In this document: positions 9,889-17,790 of the stretch, in pieces | Layout of the letters: the number at the start of each line of letters is the position of its first letter | Position numbering within the stretch: the stretch's first letter is position 1 | Origin: an uncultured Chloroflexia bacterium | Lineage (GTDB): Bacteria > Chloroflexota > Limnocylindria > Limnocylindrales > CSP1-4 | NCBI GenBank assembly: GCA_963842755.1 | Contig: CAWJIC010000084.1 | Location: forward strand, 27,931-91,930 | Direction of reading: 5' to 3' | Length of the DNA stretch: 64,000 nt | Translations under genes and position numbers: made by a program | Notes under the pieces: generated by a model | What the model saw: the letters and a program-made list of their open reading frames with translations, nothing else | Databases searched by the model: none | Told to the model about the DNA's origin: nothing

Positions 9889-9926
9889 AGTCGGAGTCAA
9901 TCCCGACTTCTCCGGTCGGGATTAAC
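9889..9926 (-). promoter_or_regulatory. Candidate operator upstream of sufU, shared with the Rrf2 regulator promoter
   Basis: The sequence is GTCGGAgtcAATCCCGACttctccgGTCGGGATTAAC. It holds a perfect 9-bp inverted repeat AATCCCGAC-N7-GTCGGGATT, about 45-80 bp upstream of the sufU start. A near-identical motif is at 15253-15283. Confidence 0.55.
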
Positions 9927-10026
9927 TCTAAAGGTGGGACGGCGGAGGCGTCAACGAGCAGCCGGGGTAGTAGATGGGAGCCGGGCAAGTTGCCGGCCGC
10001 GTTCGCCGCTACCTGGCGCCCGCGAT

Positions 10027-10067
10027 GGTGCTGGGCGGGCGCCCCGTGGGGTCTACCGCCCAGCACC
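10027..10067 (-). terminator. Strong stem-loop downstream of the island lipoprotein gene
   Basis: GGTGCTGGGCGG-N17-CCGCCCAGCACC forms a perfect 12-bp stem about 36 nt after the stop at 10103. There is no clear U tract. Confidence 0.45.
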
Positions 10068-10102
10068 TCATTAACGAGACCGCAGAGCGGCCCGAGCCAG
10101 GT

Positions 10103-10816
10103 CTACGGGCCGTTGTCCTCCGAAGACGCGGGCTGGCTAGGATCTGGCGTCGGGAAGGGCAGTTCGCCCCCAGGTTCAACGAGCGGATAAGCAGCGATTT
10201 CGCCGAGGACGTGGCCTAGTGGCTGATCGCCCTCCGTCGGCGTCTCGACGGTGTCATCTGCGCGAACGGGCCACGCCTCATACACGAGGACGAAGCCCTT
10301 CGGCCGGTCGTTCGGGTCTGGGCCTGTGCCAAAGAACAGGTATCGCTCGCCGTTGATCAAGCTGAGAGGATCGTTGGCGGTGAGGCTCGAGCAGTCGATG
10401 GATCCGCCATAGATGGCCGCCTGGATCGCCTGCTTGGCGTCGCCACGGACGACCGTGTCGGTCACGATTGTGACCCGCGTCAGGATCGTCGAACGGCCGG
10501 CTTCTTGGTCGTTGCGGGGCGGGGTTCCGTTGGGCGTCACCCAGAAGGCCGTTCCGCGACCCCGGTAGGTCCCGATCAGGATGACCGGCGAGATGCTTGC
10601 TTGCATCGCCGTCGTTTGAGGAGCCTTCTGGCCCTCAACACGCATGTTGAAACAGGAGGACGGTGACGCGATCACCTCGTCGGGGGAGCTGCTCGCCACA
10701 CCTGTGCTTGACGGGTCAGCTCCGGCCGTCGAGCACGCACCGGCGAGGACGAGAACGACGAGCAGGGAGAGGGCCGATCTAGGAGCTCTTGTTGCCATGA
10801 CTTTCCTCGTCCTCAC
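10103..10816 (-). CDS. Lipoprotein of unknown function, candidate immunity/inhibitor partner of the adjacent metzincin domain
   Basis: Signal peptide with lipobox LVLAGAC. GC is about 58-63% versus about 72% background. The GTG start overlaps the upstream stop (GTGA at 10813-10816). Confidence 0.7.
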   Translation of the reverse strand: MRTRKVMATRAPRSALSLLVVLVLAGACSTAGADPSSTGVASSSPDEVIASPSSCFNMRVEGQKAPQTTAMQASISPVILIGTYRGRGTAFWVTPNGTPPRNDQEAGRSTILTRVTIVTDTVVRGDAKQAIQAAIYGGSIDCSSLTANDPLSLINGERYLFFGTGPDPNDRPKGFVLVYEAWPVRADDTVETPTEGDQPLGHVLGEIAAYPLVEPGGELPFPTPDPSQPASSEDNGP

Positions 10817-11124
10817 GGATAGATCGCTTTGATGGCCAGGATGTCGCGCGGCTGGGGTGTCCAGAACATGGTCCCTTCGGCCTGCTCATTGGTCGTGGTC
10901 GATGTCGTGTGGCACATCGCTCCCAGGTTGAGATCGCAGTGCCCGAGCCCGACCGTGTGTCCGAGCTCGTGCGAAATCAACGGACGGTCATCACCGCCGA
11001 CCGTACAGCCGTCGTCGACGGTCCCACATGGGTGGCTGTAGCTCATGTCCTTGATTCGGACCTCGAGGTACTGGAAGGTCGCTGGCGTACCCGCGCCCAC
11101 ATTGACGAAGACAGTCACCGCCAA
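10813..11124 (-). CDS. Metzincin-like zinc metalloprotease domain (HExxHxxGxxH), probably the C-terminal toxin module of the RHS fragment
   Basis: HELGHTVGLGH is followed by GAMCH (a Met-turn-like element) and by DILAIKAIYP. The frame stays open upstream to 11271 with no canonical start. GC is lower than background. Confidence 0.65.
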   Translation of the reverse strand: MAVTVFVNVGAGTPATFQYLEVRIKDMSYSHPCGTVDDGCTVGGDDRPLISHELGHTVGLGHCDLNLGAMCHTTSTTTNEQAEGTMFWTPQPRDILAIKAIYP

Positions 11125-11201
11125 GTTGCCACCGAGCTCCGTTGTAGTACCGATGCGGACTAGGACGTCGTAGTTGCATGTGGCAGGGTTGGTACAAGAA
11201 C

Positions 11202-11730
11202 TCAGCGTGGGGCGGCGAGTGGCCTTCTGACTCCAGCGGGCAGCAGGACGTCCCGAATGTCCGCCTTGACGTCAGCTGTGCCGGCTGTGCCGTCCAGACT
11301 CGCGTCCAGCAGGTAGTAGACCGAGGCTCGACCGCCGCCGGGCTCGCCCCCGATGACCGCGTCGCCCTGGTACCGGAAGTCGGTCACCGTGACCTGGGTC
11401 CCGGCCGCCGGGGTCTCGGTGATCTTTCGTGCGGTGGCCGTCGCCGTCGTAGAGCTCGTCGACCCGGTCCACCCCTGAGCCGGGGCAGGGAGCGACGCTC
11501 TTGCAGGCGCTCGTGAGGCGGCCCGCGGCATCGTAGCCGTAGGTCCAGCTCGTTCCGTTCTCGGTGAGGGTCGAGATCCGCCCGGCGTCGTCGTACGCCA
11601 CCGTGCAGGCGGGACCGGTGCAGGCGGTCAGCTGCCCGGCGGCGTTGTAGGTGAACGTCCGGCCCGGAGCCGCGGTCCGGTTGCCGGCGTCGTCCGTGGT
11701 TGGCGGCGTCGTCCGCAGGTGTAGGTCCAA
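11202..11730 (-). pseudogene. Orphan RHS/YD-repeat fragment (no RHS N-terminal body), frameshifted
   Basis: YD repeats TFTYNAAGQLT, VAYDDAGRIS, WTYGYDAAGRLTS and ELYDGDGHRTK are present. There is a shift at the T3 run 11425-11427 into ITETPAAGTQVTVTDFRYQGD...YYLLDASLDG. A second shift near 11210 would join the metzincin frame. Confidence 0.7.
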
Positions 11731-11775
11731 GCGATCCCGGGGGCGGACGAGACGGAGCGGCCGCCGGCGCGGCGG

Positions 11776-12309
11776 TCAGCCCAGGTGGGCGACCTCGAAC
11801 TTGAGGCCCTTGAGGCGGTGGTCGCGATAGAGCCGCCGGAAGCGGGGCGAGCCGAACAGGAGCGGCTCCGGCACGATGACGCCACCGCGGTAACCGATGA
11901 ACTGCTCGGAGCGGACGAGGTCGCTGCCGTCCCACGAGTCGCGCTCGACCGTCGCCTCGGACAGGATGTTCAGCCCCGCGACGTGACCCTGGGGGCAGCG
12001 ATACTCGCCGGCCTCGTCGGGATCGAACGGGTCGATCCCGAACTGGGTCGGCGCGATCAGCCGGACCGGGCGCGAGGTGAAGACGAGCTGCCGCCAGGCC
12101 GGGCTGGGCCGGCGACGGTCCTCGACCGGACGCGGTCGCGTCGGCGCAGGGCAGCCGGCGGAACTCCGGGCGGACCCTGGCCAGGTTGTCACGCGATGAC
12201 CGTTGGGCGCGATTCGAGTCGGCCAGTGCGGGTATGAACGGGAGATCCACGCTCGCGGTGCGGCGGAACGTGGCCCGTGGGGGGCCCGATTCCCGGCCCT
12301 GCGACCCAC
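11776..12309 (-). CDS. Hypothetical protein; the C-terminal half resembles polymorphic-toxin immunity proteins (DUF1629 / double-CXXCG-like), the N-terminus is doubtful
   Basis: The C-terminus DSWDGSDLVRSEQF...SPRFRRLYRDHRLKGLKFEVAHL recalls that family from memory only. The first ~70 aa are Arg/Pro-rich and may be out of frame. Confidence 0.4.
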   Translation of the reverse strand: MGRRAGNRAPHGPRSAAPRAWISRSYPHWPTRIAPNGHRVTTWPGSARSSAGCPAPTRPRPVEDRRRPSPAWRQLVFTSRPVRLIAPTQFGIDPFDPDEAGEYRCPQGHVAGLNILSEATVERDSWDGSDLVRSEQFIGYRGGVIVPEPLLFGSPRFRRLYRDHRLKGLKFEVAHLG

Positions 12310-12377
12310 GGGTGAAAGAATGGCCAGGATCGGGGCGTCTCACCACGGATCGGCAACAGCGTCCCCGCGGATCACGT

Positions 12378-13718
12378 CTAGCCCCGGAAGATCCGCTGGA
12401 CCTCGCGCAGGCCGGCGGCGAGCGCGTCGATGTCCGAGCGGGTCGAGAAGACGCTGAAGCTGGCCCGCCCGGTCGCGACGAGGTCGAGCCGCTCGTGGAG
12501 GGGCATCGTGCAGTGGTGACCGGCCCGGATGGCGATCCCCTGGCGGTCGAGGACCTGGGCCACGTCGTGCGGGTGGATCTCCGGCAGGTTGAACGGGACG
12601 ACGCCGCCGCGGACGTCCGCCGGCGGGCCGTAGAGGTCGATCCCCGGGACCTCCCGGGCGAGCACATCCAGGGCGTACGCCACGAGCTCGCGCTCGTGCT
12701 CGCGGACGTTGGCCATGCCGAGCGCCATGAGGTACTCGGCGGCGACCCCCAGCCCGACCGCCGCCGCGATGTCCGGGGTCCCCGCCTCGAACTTCCAGGG
12801 GATCTCGTTCCACTCGCTCCGGCGCAGGTGGACCTCGCGGATCATGTCCCCGCCGGTCATGTACGGCGGCATCGCCTCGAGCAGCTCGCGCCGCGCCCAG
12901 AGGACGCCCGAGCCGGTGGGGCCGAGCATCTTGTGGCCGCTGAACACGTAGAAGTCGGCGCCGAGCGCCTGGACGTCGACCGGCAGGTGCGGGACGGCCT
13001 GGGCGCCGTCGACGAGCACGAGCGCCCCCGCGGCATGGGCCATGTCCACGATCTGGCGGACGGGGTTGATCGTGCCCAGCGTGTTGCTGACGTGGGTGAA
13101 CGCGACGAGCTTCGGCTTGAGCCGCAGGAGGACCTCGAGGACGTCGAGGCGGAGGATCCCGTCGTCGGTGATCGGGATGAACTCGAGGTCGCCATCGCGC
13201 TCCTGGACGAGGACCTGCCACGGGACGAGGTTGGCGTGGTGCTCCATCTCGGTCAGGATCACCACGTCGCCGCGGTCCACGTGACGCCGGCCCCACGTGG
13301 CCGCGACGAGGTTGATCGCCTCGGTGGCGTTGCGGGTGAAGATGACCTCGGCGGGCTCGGGGGCGTTGATGAACCGCGCGACGGTGGCCCGCGCGCCCTC
13401 GTACGCGGCGGTCGCCCGCTCGGAGAGGTCGTAGATGCCGCGGTGGACGTTGGCGTTCGACTCGCGGTAGAAGCGATCGACGGCGTCGATGACGACCGAC
13501 GGCTTCTGGCTCGTCGCGGCCGAGTCGAGGTAGACCAGCGGCCGACCGGACGGGGTCGGCCGGGCGAGGATCGGGAAGTCCGCCCGGAGGGCGACCGGGT
13601 CGAGCGGCCGACCCGCGCCGGCCCCGGCGGCCGGCGGCGGAGTGGGCTCGGGCGCCGCGGTGGTCGTCGGCTCGGTCGTCGGAGCCGCGGTCGTCGTCGG
13701 CTCGGTTGTGGTCGTCAT
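12378..13718 (-). CDS. sufS: Cysteine desulfurase SufS (class V aminotransferase)
   Basis: Intact 446 aa ORF with FSGHKMLGPTG (PLP lysine) and RAGHHC (active-site Cys). It has a Thr/Pro-rich tandem-repeat N-terminal extension (TTEPTTTAAP x2). Confidence 0.93.
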   Translation of the reverse strand: MTTTTEPTTTAAPTTEPTTTAAPEPTPPPAAGAGAGRPLDPVALRADFPILARPTPSGRPLVYLDSAATSQKPSVVIDAVDRFYRESNANVHRGIYDLSERATAAYEGARATVARFINAPEPAEVIFTRNATEAINLVAATWGRRHVDRGDVVILTEMEHHANLVPWQVLVQERDGDLEFIPITDDGILRLDVLEVLLRLKPKLVAFTHVSNTLGTINPVRQIVDMAHAAGALVLVDGAQAVPHLPVDVQALGADFYVFSGHKMLGPTGSGVLWARRELLEAMPPYMTGGDMIREVHLRRSEWNEIPWKFEAGTPDIAAAVGLGVAAEYLMALGMANVREHERELVAYALDVLAREVPGIDLYGPPADVRGGVVPFNLPEIHPHDVAQVLDRQGIAIRAGHHCTMPLHERLDLVATGRASFSVFSTRSDIDALAAGLREVQRIFRG

Positions 13719-13735
13719 CGTCGTCGTGCGCCCGG

Positions 13736-14614
13736 CTAGCGGGCGGCCTCCACCGGCTCGGGCTCGGCCGGCACGAGGAACGCCTCGTCGGGGACGTCCG
13801 GCTCGTAGCCCTCCTCGCGCAGGATCGGGCCATAGCCCTCCTCCTCGAGCCGCAGGGCAAGGTCCTTGCCGCCAGTCTTCACGATCCGCCCGAGGGCCAG
13901 GACGTGGACGACATCCGGGGTGATGTAGTTGAGCAGGCGCTGGTAGTGGGTGATGAGCAGGACGCCCATCTCCGGGTTGAGCATGGCGTTGACGCCCTCC
14001 GCCACGATCCGCAGCGCGTCGATGTCGAGGCCCGAGTCCGTCTCGTCGAGGATCGCCATCTTCGGCTCGAGGACGGCCATCTGGAGCATCTCCAGGCGCT
14101 TCTTCTCGCCGCCCGAGAAGCCCTCGTTGACGTAGCGGCTGGCGAACGCCTCGTCCATCTTGAGGACACCCATCTTCTCGCGCATGAGCCGGCGGAACTG
14201 GCCCATGTTCAGGCCGCCGCCCTTGACCATGTCGGTCGGGTCGATGTTGGGGTCCTTGTCGATGCCCTGGATCTTCGCGTTCAGCGCGGAGCGAATGAAG
14301 CTGGCCACGCTGAGGCCGGGGATCGCGGTGGGGTACTGGAAGGCGAGGAACATCCCCAGGCGCGCCCGCTTGTCCGGGGAGAGCTTCAGGACGTCGCGGC
14401 CCTGCCAGGTGACCTGCCCACCGGTGATCTTGTAGGCAGGGTGGCCCATGAGCGCGTAGGCGAGGGTGGTCTTGCCCGAGCCATTCGGGCCCATGATCGC
14501 GTGGACCTCGCCGGGGCGGACGGTGAGGTCGATCCCTTTGAGGATCTCGCGCTCCGGGGCGGCGGTCGGCGCGACCCTGAGGTCGCGGATGACGAGGTCG
14601 TTGTCGGTGGACAC
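13736..14614 (-). CDS. sufC: Fe-S cluster assembly ATPase SufC
   Basis: HAIMGPNGSGKTTL, VNEGFSGGEKKR, AILDETDSGLDIDAL and LLITHYQRLL are present. GTG start at 14614. Confidence 0.92.
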   Translation of the reverse strand: MSTDNDLVIRDLRVAPTAAPEREILKGIDLTVRPGEVHAIMGPNGSGKTTLAYALMGHPAYKITGGQVTWQGRDVLKLSPDKRARLGMFLAFQYPTAIPGLSVASFIRSALNAKIQGIDKDPNIDPTDMVKGGGLNMGQFRRLMREKMGVLKMDEAFASRYVNEGFSGGEKKRLEMLQMAVLEPKMAILDETDSGLDIDALRIVAEGVNAMLNPEMGVLLITHYQRLLNYITPDVVHVLALGRIVKTGGKDLALRLEEEGYGPILREEGYEPDVPDEAFLVPAEPEPVEAAR

Positions 14615-14654
14615 GGGCGGGCTGGCTCCTCGATGGCGGGCGGGCGGGCGGCGG

Positions 14655-15155
14655 TCAGACGCCGACCGGTTCGGGGGCGGTGGCGGTCCGGCTGACGGGC
14701 TGCGGCTCGGCGAAGGCTGGCGGCGCATCGGGCGCACCGGGTGCGTCGGCCGCGGCCGCGGCGAGCCGCTGCGGGACGAGATCGGCCAGGGTCATCCCCT
14801 CGAGCGTGCCGCTGATCGCGTCGCGGATCCGGACCCAGAGCAGGATGACCGAGCAGCGCGCGGTCCGGTCGCAGGCCGGCTCGTGCGGGACGTGCGGCTC
14901 GTCCGTGGCGCAGATCATCGGGGCGATCGGGCCCTCGAGGGCGTGCAGCACGTCGCTCATCCGGATCTCCTCGGGCGGGCGAGCGAGCTCGTAGCCGCCT
15001 CGGGCGCCGCGGGTGCTCGTGACCAGGCCCGCGTCGCGCAGGCTCATCACGAGCTGCTCGAGGTACGGCCGGGGGAGCTCCTCCTCGGCCGCGATCTCGG
15101 CCAGGCTGGCCGGCCCGGCCCCGTGGTGGCGCCCGAGTTGGACCATGAGTCGCAC
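14655..15155 (-). CDS. Rrf2-family transcriptional regulator (IscR/SufR-like role inferred from position)
   Basis: wHTH region LAEIAAEEELPRPYLEQLVMSLRDAGLVTSTRGARGGYELA is present. The canonical Rrf2 N-terminus (SFSTKGEYG) lies in frame upstream of the first ATG/GTG, so the true start is probably near 15194-15221 (non-canonical start or an error). Confidence 0.8.
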   Translation of the reverse strand: MRLMVQLGRHHGAGPASLAEIAAEEELPRPYLEQLVMSLRDAGLVTSTRGARGGYELARPPEEIRMSDVLHALEGPIAPMICATDEPHVPHEPACDRTARCSVILLWVRIRDAISGTLEGMTLADLVPQRLAAAAADAPGAPDAPPAFAEPQPVSRTATAPEPVGV

Positions 15156-15252
15156 GCCGTACTCGCCCTTGGTGCTGAACGAGACGGCGCCGCTGCCGTG
15201 GAACTGGGTCCGGGTGCTCAGGGGTAGGTCCTCGCGTCGGGTGGCGGCCCGC

Positions 15253-15283
15253 GTCGGAATTCCGACTGATTCCGTCGGGATTA
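15253..15283 (-). promoter_or_regulatory. Candidate autoregulatory operator of the Rrf2 gene
   Basis: GTCGGAattCCGACtgattccGTCGGGATTAGT shares GTCGGA..CCGAC-N7-GTCGGGATTA with the site at 9889-9926. Confidence 0.5.
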
Positions 15284-15340
15284 GTCTAGCCCGATGCGTC
15301 GCGGGGCGTCAACGCCCGCGGGCCCCCTCCGGACCCTTGC

Positions 15341-15648
15341 CGGCGGGGGCCCGTCTCACCGCCCGCCGCGATGGTATCCGCCGTTGTCCGCCCGGCGCCC
15401 ACGTCTCATCGCCCACCGTGATGCTATCGGCCGTGGACCGCCCGGCGCCCACGTCTCATCGCCCGCCGCAATGGTATCGGCCGGAGTCTGCCCTCTGTCC
15501 ACGTCTCATCGCCCACCGCGATGGTATCGGGGCTAGCGGGCTCTCTGGCCGGGTCAGGCGCATTTCGCTGAGAGCGTGGGATCCCCGGGTGAGGGACCGG
15601 AATCCGCGGAGGAGCGGCGATAGCATCGCGGACCGCGATATCACGGGG
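15341..15648. repeat. REP/BIME-like array (family C): four forward units plus one inverted unit
   Basis: The unit GTCTCATCGCCCACCGCGATGGTATCGG (hairpin CATCGC-N5-GCGATG) starts at 15343, 15393, 15453 and 15503. Then come the core TTCGCTGAGAGCGTGGGATCCCCGG and the inverted unit GGCGATAGCATCGCGGACCGCGATATC. The array is followed by G-runs. Confidence 0.8.
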
Positions 15649-15716
15649 AAGGCGCGGGGCGCGGGCGGGGGGGAGAGAGACACGAGGCAGCCCGGTGAAC
15701 GCGACCGCTCCGGGGG

Positions 15717-17419
15717 TCACGAAACCGGCGCGCGCGGCGAGGTCGCCCGTCTCTCGACCAGGAAGTACGTGGAGGTGGGGCCCTTGCCCTTCACGTCGAT
15801 CGCGCCGTGTGGCTCGAACAGGTAGGTGTGACTCAGCCGCTCCTGGGTCGCCTCGGTGACGAGGAGCCGGCCGGGCATCCCGTGGGACTCCATCCGGCTG
15901 GCCGTGTTGACCGTGTCGCCCCACACGTCATAGATGAACTTCCTGATGCCGATGACGCCTGCGATAGCCGGGCCGACATGCATCCCGACCCGGATCTCCA
16001 GCTCCCGGCCGGTTCGCTGCCTGAAGAGGGCCACCTCGGCGATCATGTCGAGACCCATGGCTGGCCGACCCGTGCGGCGTGGTCCGTGGAGTGGGAGGCC
16101 AGCCCCCCGACCACCATGTACGCGTCGCCGATCGTCTTGATCTTCTCCAGCGCGTACCGGTCGGCCAGCCGATCGAAGATCGAGAAGACCTCGTTGAGCA
16201 TGTTGACGAGCTCGGTCGGGGTGAGGCGCATGGACAGCCGGGTGAAGTCGACCACGTCGGCGAACAGGACGGTCATCTCGTCGAAGTAGTCGGCGATCAG
16301 CATCTCGCCCTGGCGCAACCGCTGGGCGATCGAGGCCGGCAGGATGTTCAGGAGCAGCCGCTCGTTCTCCCGGTTCGCCTCCTCGACCTCCCGGGCGGCC
16401 GTGATGTCCGTGCCGTAGACATTGATGAATCCGAACTCGAAGACGGGCACCACGAGCAGGGCGAAGATGCGGCCATCCTGCTCCACCTCGAGCATCTCGG
16501 GGGACGCGGCCTCCGCGATGGCGACGATGCGTTCGCACAGCGCCCGGGTCAGCTCCTGGCCGATCTCCGCGCCGAAGGCCTTCTTCACGAGGGAGCCGGC
16601 GGGGTTCGCGTAGAGCAGCCTCCCGTCGCGCGAGACGCGCAGGACGGGGTTCGGGTTCTGGTCCGGGAACTTGGTGATGGCCCTCGTGGCCGTCACGTCC
16701 GTCCCGTACAGGTTGGTGAACCCGAACTCGCGGATGGCGACCGGCCTGAGGGCATAGGTTCGGCCCTCGCTGTGGACCTCGATGGCCTCGGGCTCGGCCT
16801 GTTCGGAGGCCCGGCGGACCCGCTCCAGGAGCTCCGTGGGGAGCGGATCCCCGATGCTCAGCGCCAGCGCCTTCACGATGGGAGCGCTGGCCGCGTTGGC
16901 GTAGACCAGCGCTCCGTCCTCGGACGTCCGCATGACCGGATTGGGGTTCCGGTCGGGGAATCGCTCGACGACCCTGGCGGCAGTGATGTCCGTCCCGTAG
17001 AGGTTCAGGAAGTCGAGTTCCGGGACGGCGACCGGAAGCACCGCGAACGTCCGCAGGCCGCTGCGGACCTCGACGACCCGGACGGGCGACGCGGCCGCCG
17101 CGGCGGTCAGCTCCGCGAAGACGTCCGTTGGAAGGTCGTCCCCCGGTGCGACCCCCAGGGCGGAGGTGATCGGCGCGCTGGCCGCGTTCGCGTAGACGAG
17201 GCGTCCATGCGCGGTCACGCGCAGGACGGGGTCCGGGTTCTGGTCCGGGAAGCGGTTGATCGCCTCGATCTCGCGCTCCAGGAGGAGGTACTCCCGCCGG
17301 TGGCCGGTCCGCTGACCCTGGATCGCGGCCACGCTCGAGATCGTGGACACGATGAACGGCACCAGGAAGGTCAGGGCGATCCGAAGCGCGAGGCCCGGAT
17401 CGAACCGGCCCGCCGCCAT
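15717..17419 (-). pseudogene. Class III adenylate/guanylate cyclase with TM anchor and three tandem ~97-aa PAS-like sensor modules, one frameshift
   Basis: The module FPDQNPNPVLRV..DG.L.YAN.A...NLYGTD(I/V)TA occurs three times. The cyclase domain (TVLFADVVDFT, KTIGDAYMVVGG) lies in ORF 16043..17419, and GDTVNTASRMES lies in the frame of ORF 15717..17585. One base is missing at about 16061. Confidence 0.85.
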
Positions 17420-17640
17420 CTCGCCGGCCTGGTTGATGGCCGTGAGGACGCTGCCGACGAGCGCCGATGTGGCCAGCGCGCGCGACGACCGACCGGTCGG
17501 TCGCGATGCGGGCCCAGGCTCGAAGGCGGTTCATCGCTCGGGACGCGCTCCACACGGGTGGTGCCGGGTCGGTGACCGCACTCATCGTAGCCGGAACCGA
17601 TGCCCGCGCCGAGGATCAATTCGGTCGTGGTCGCGGGTCC

Positions 17641-17790
17641 CCCCTCCCCGCCCGCGATCACCACCACTCATCGGATCGCGCCCAGCCGAGCGTGACCGGT
17701 CGGCCGAATCGGCGTTCCTGGCCACCCAGTCACGCTCATTCATCCCGAGACTGATGAGTGGTACTCATCGGGCGGGCGGGAGCGGGGCAA
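17641..17790 (+). repeat. A-type hairpin element (family A/B), copy A1
   Basis: The order of parts is: CCCCTCCCCGCCCGC arm, ACCACTCATC, CATCGGATC, GAGCGTGAC..GTCACGCTC stem, GATGAGTGGT, then a G-rich arm. It is about 90% identical to 23031-23180. Confidence 0.8.

Noticed and set aside
13610-13718. Thr/Pro-rich repeated N-terminal extension of SufS as an encapsulin cargo-loading domain (as in desulfurase-loaded nanocompartments)
   Set aside because: No encapsulin shell gene or associated serine acetyltransferase is in the window, and I see no conserved targeting motif in the extension. The gene sits in an ordinary sufC-sufS context. A low-complexity linker is the simpler reading.
15341-15648. 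Regularly spaced ~33-nt repeats (period 50-60 bp) that could be read as a small CRISPR array
   Set aside because: The inter-repeat segments are only about 17-27 nt and are themselves conserved between units (CCGT.G.CCGCCCGGCG). The same unit recurs at four other loci singly or in pairs, together with an inverted partner. No cas genes are present. This is REP/BIME-like behaviour, not CRISPR.
17738-17770. CUGAUGAG in element A1, reminiscent of the hammerhead ribozyme core
   Set aside because: The second copy has CCGAUGAG instead. There is no GAAA box or three-way junction with a UH cleavage site in the right positions. The motif is fully explained as one strand of the P1 stem.
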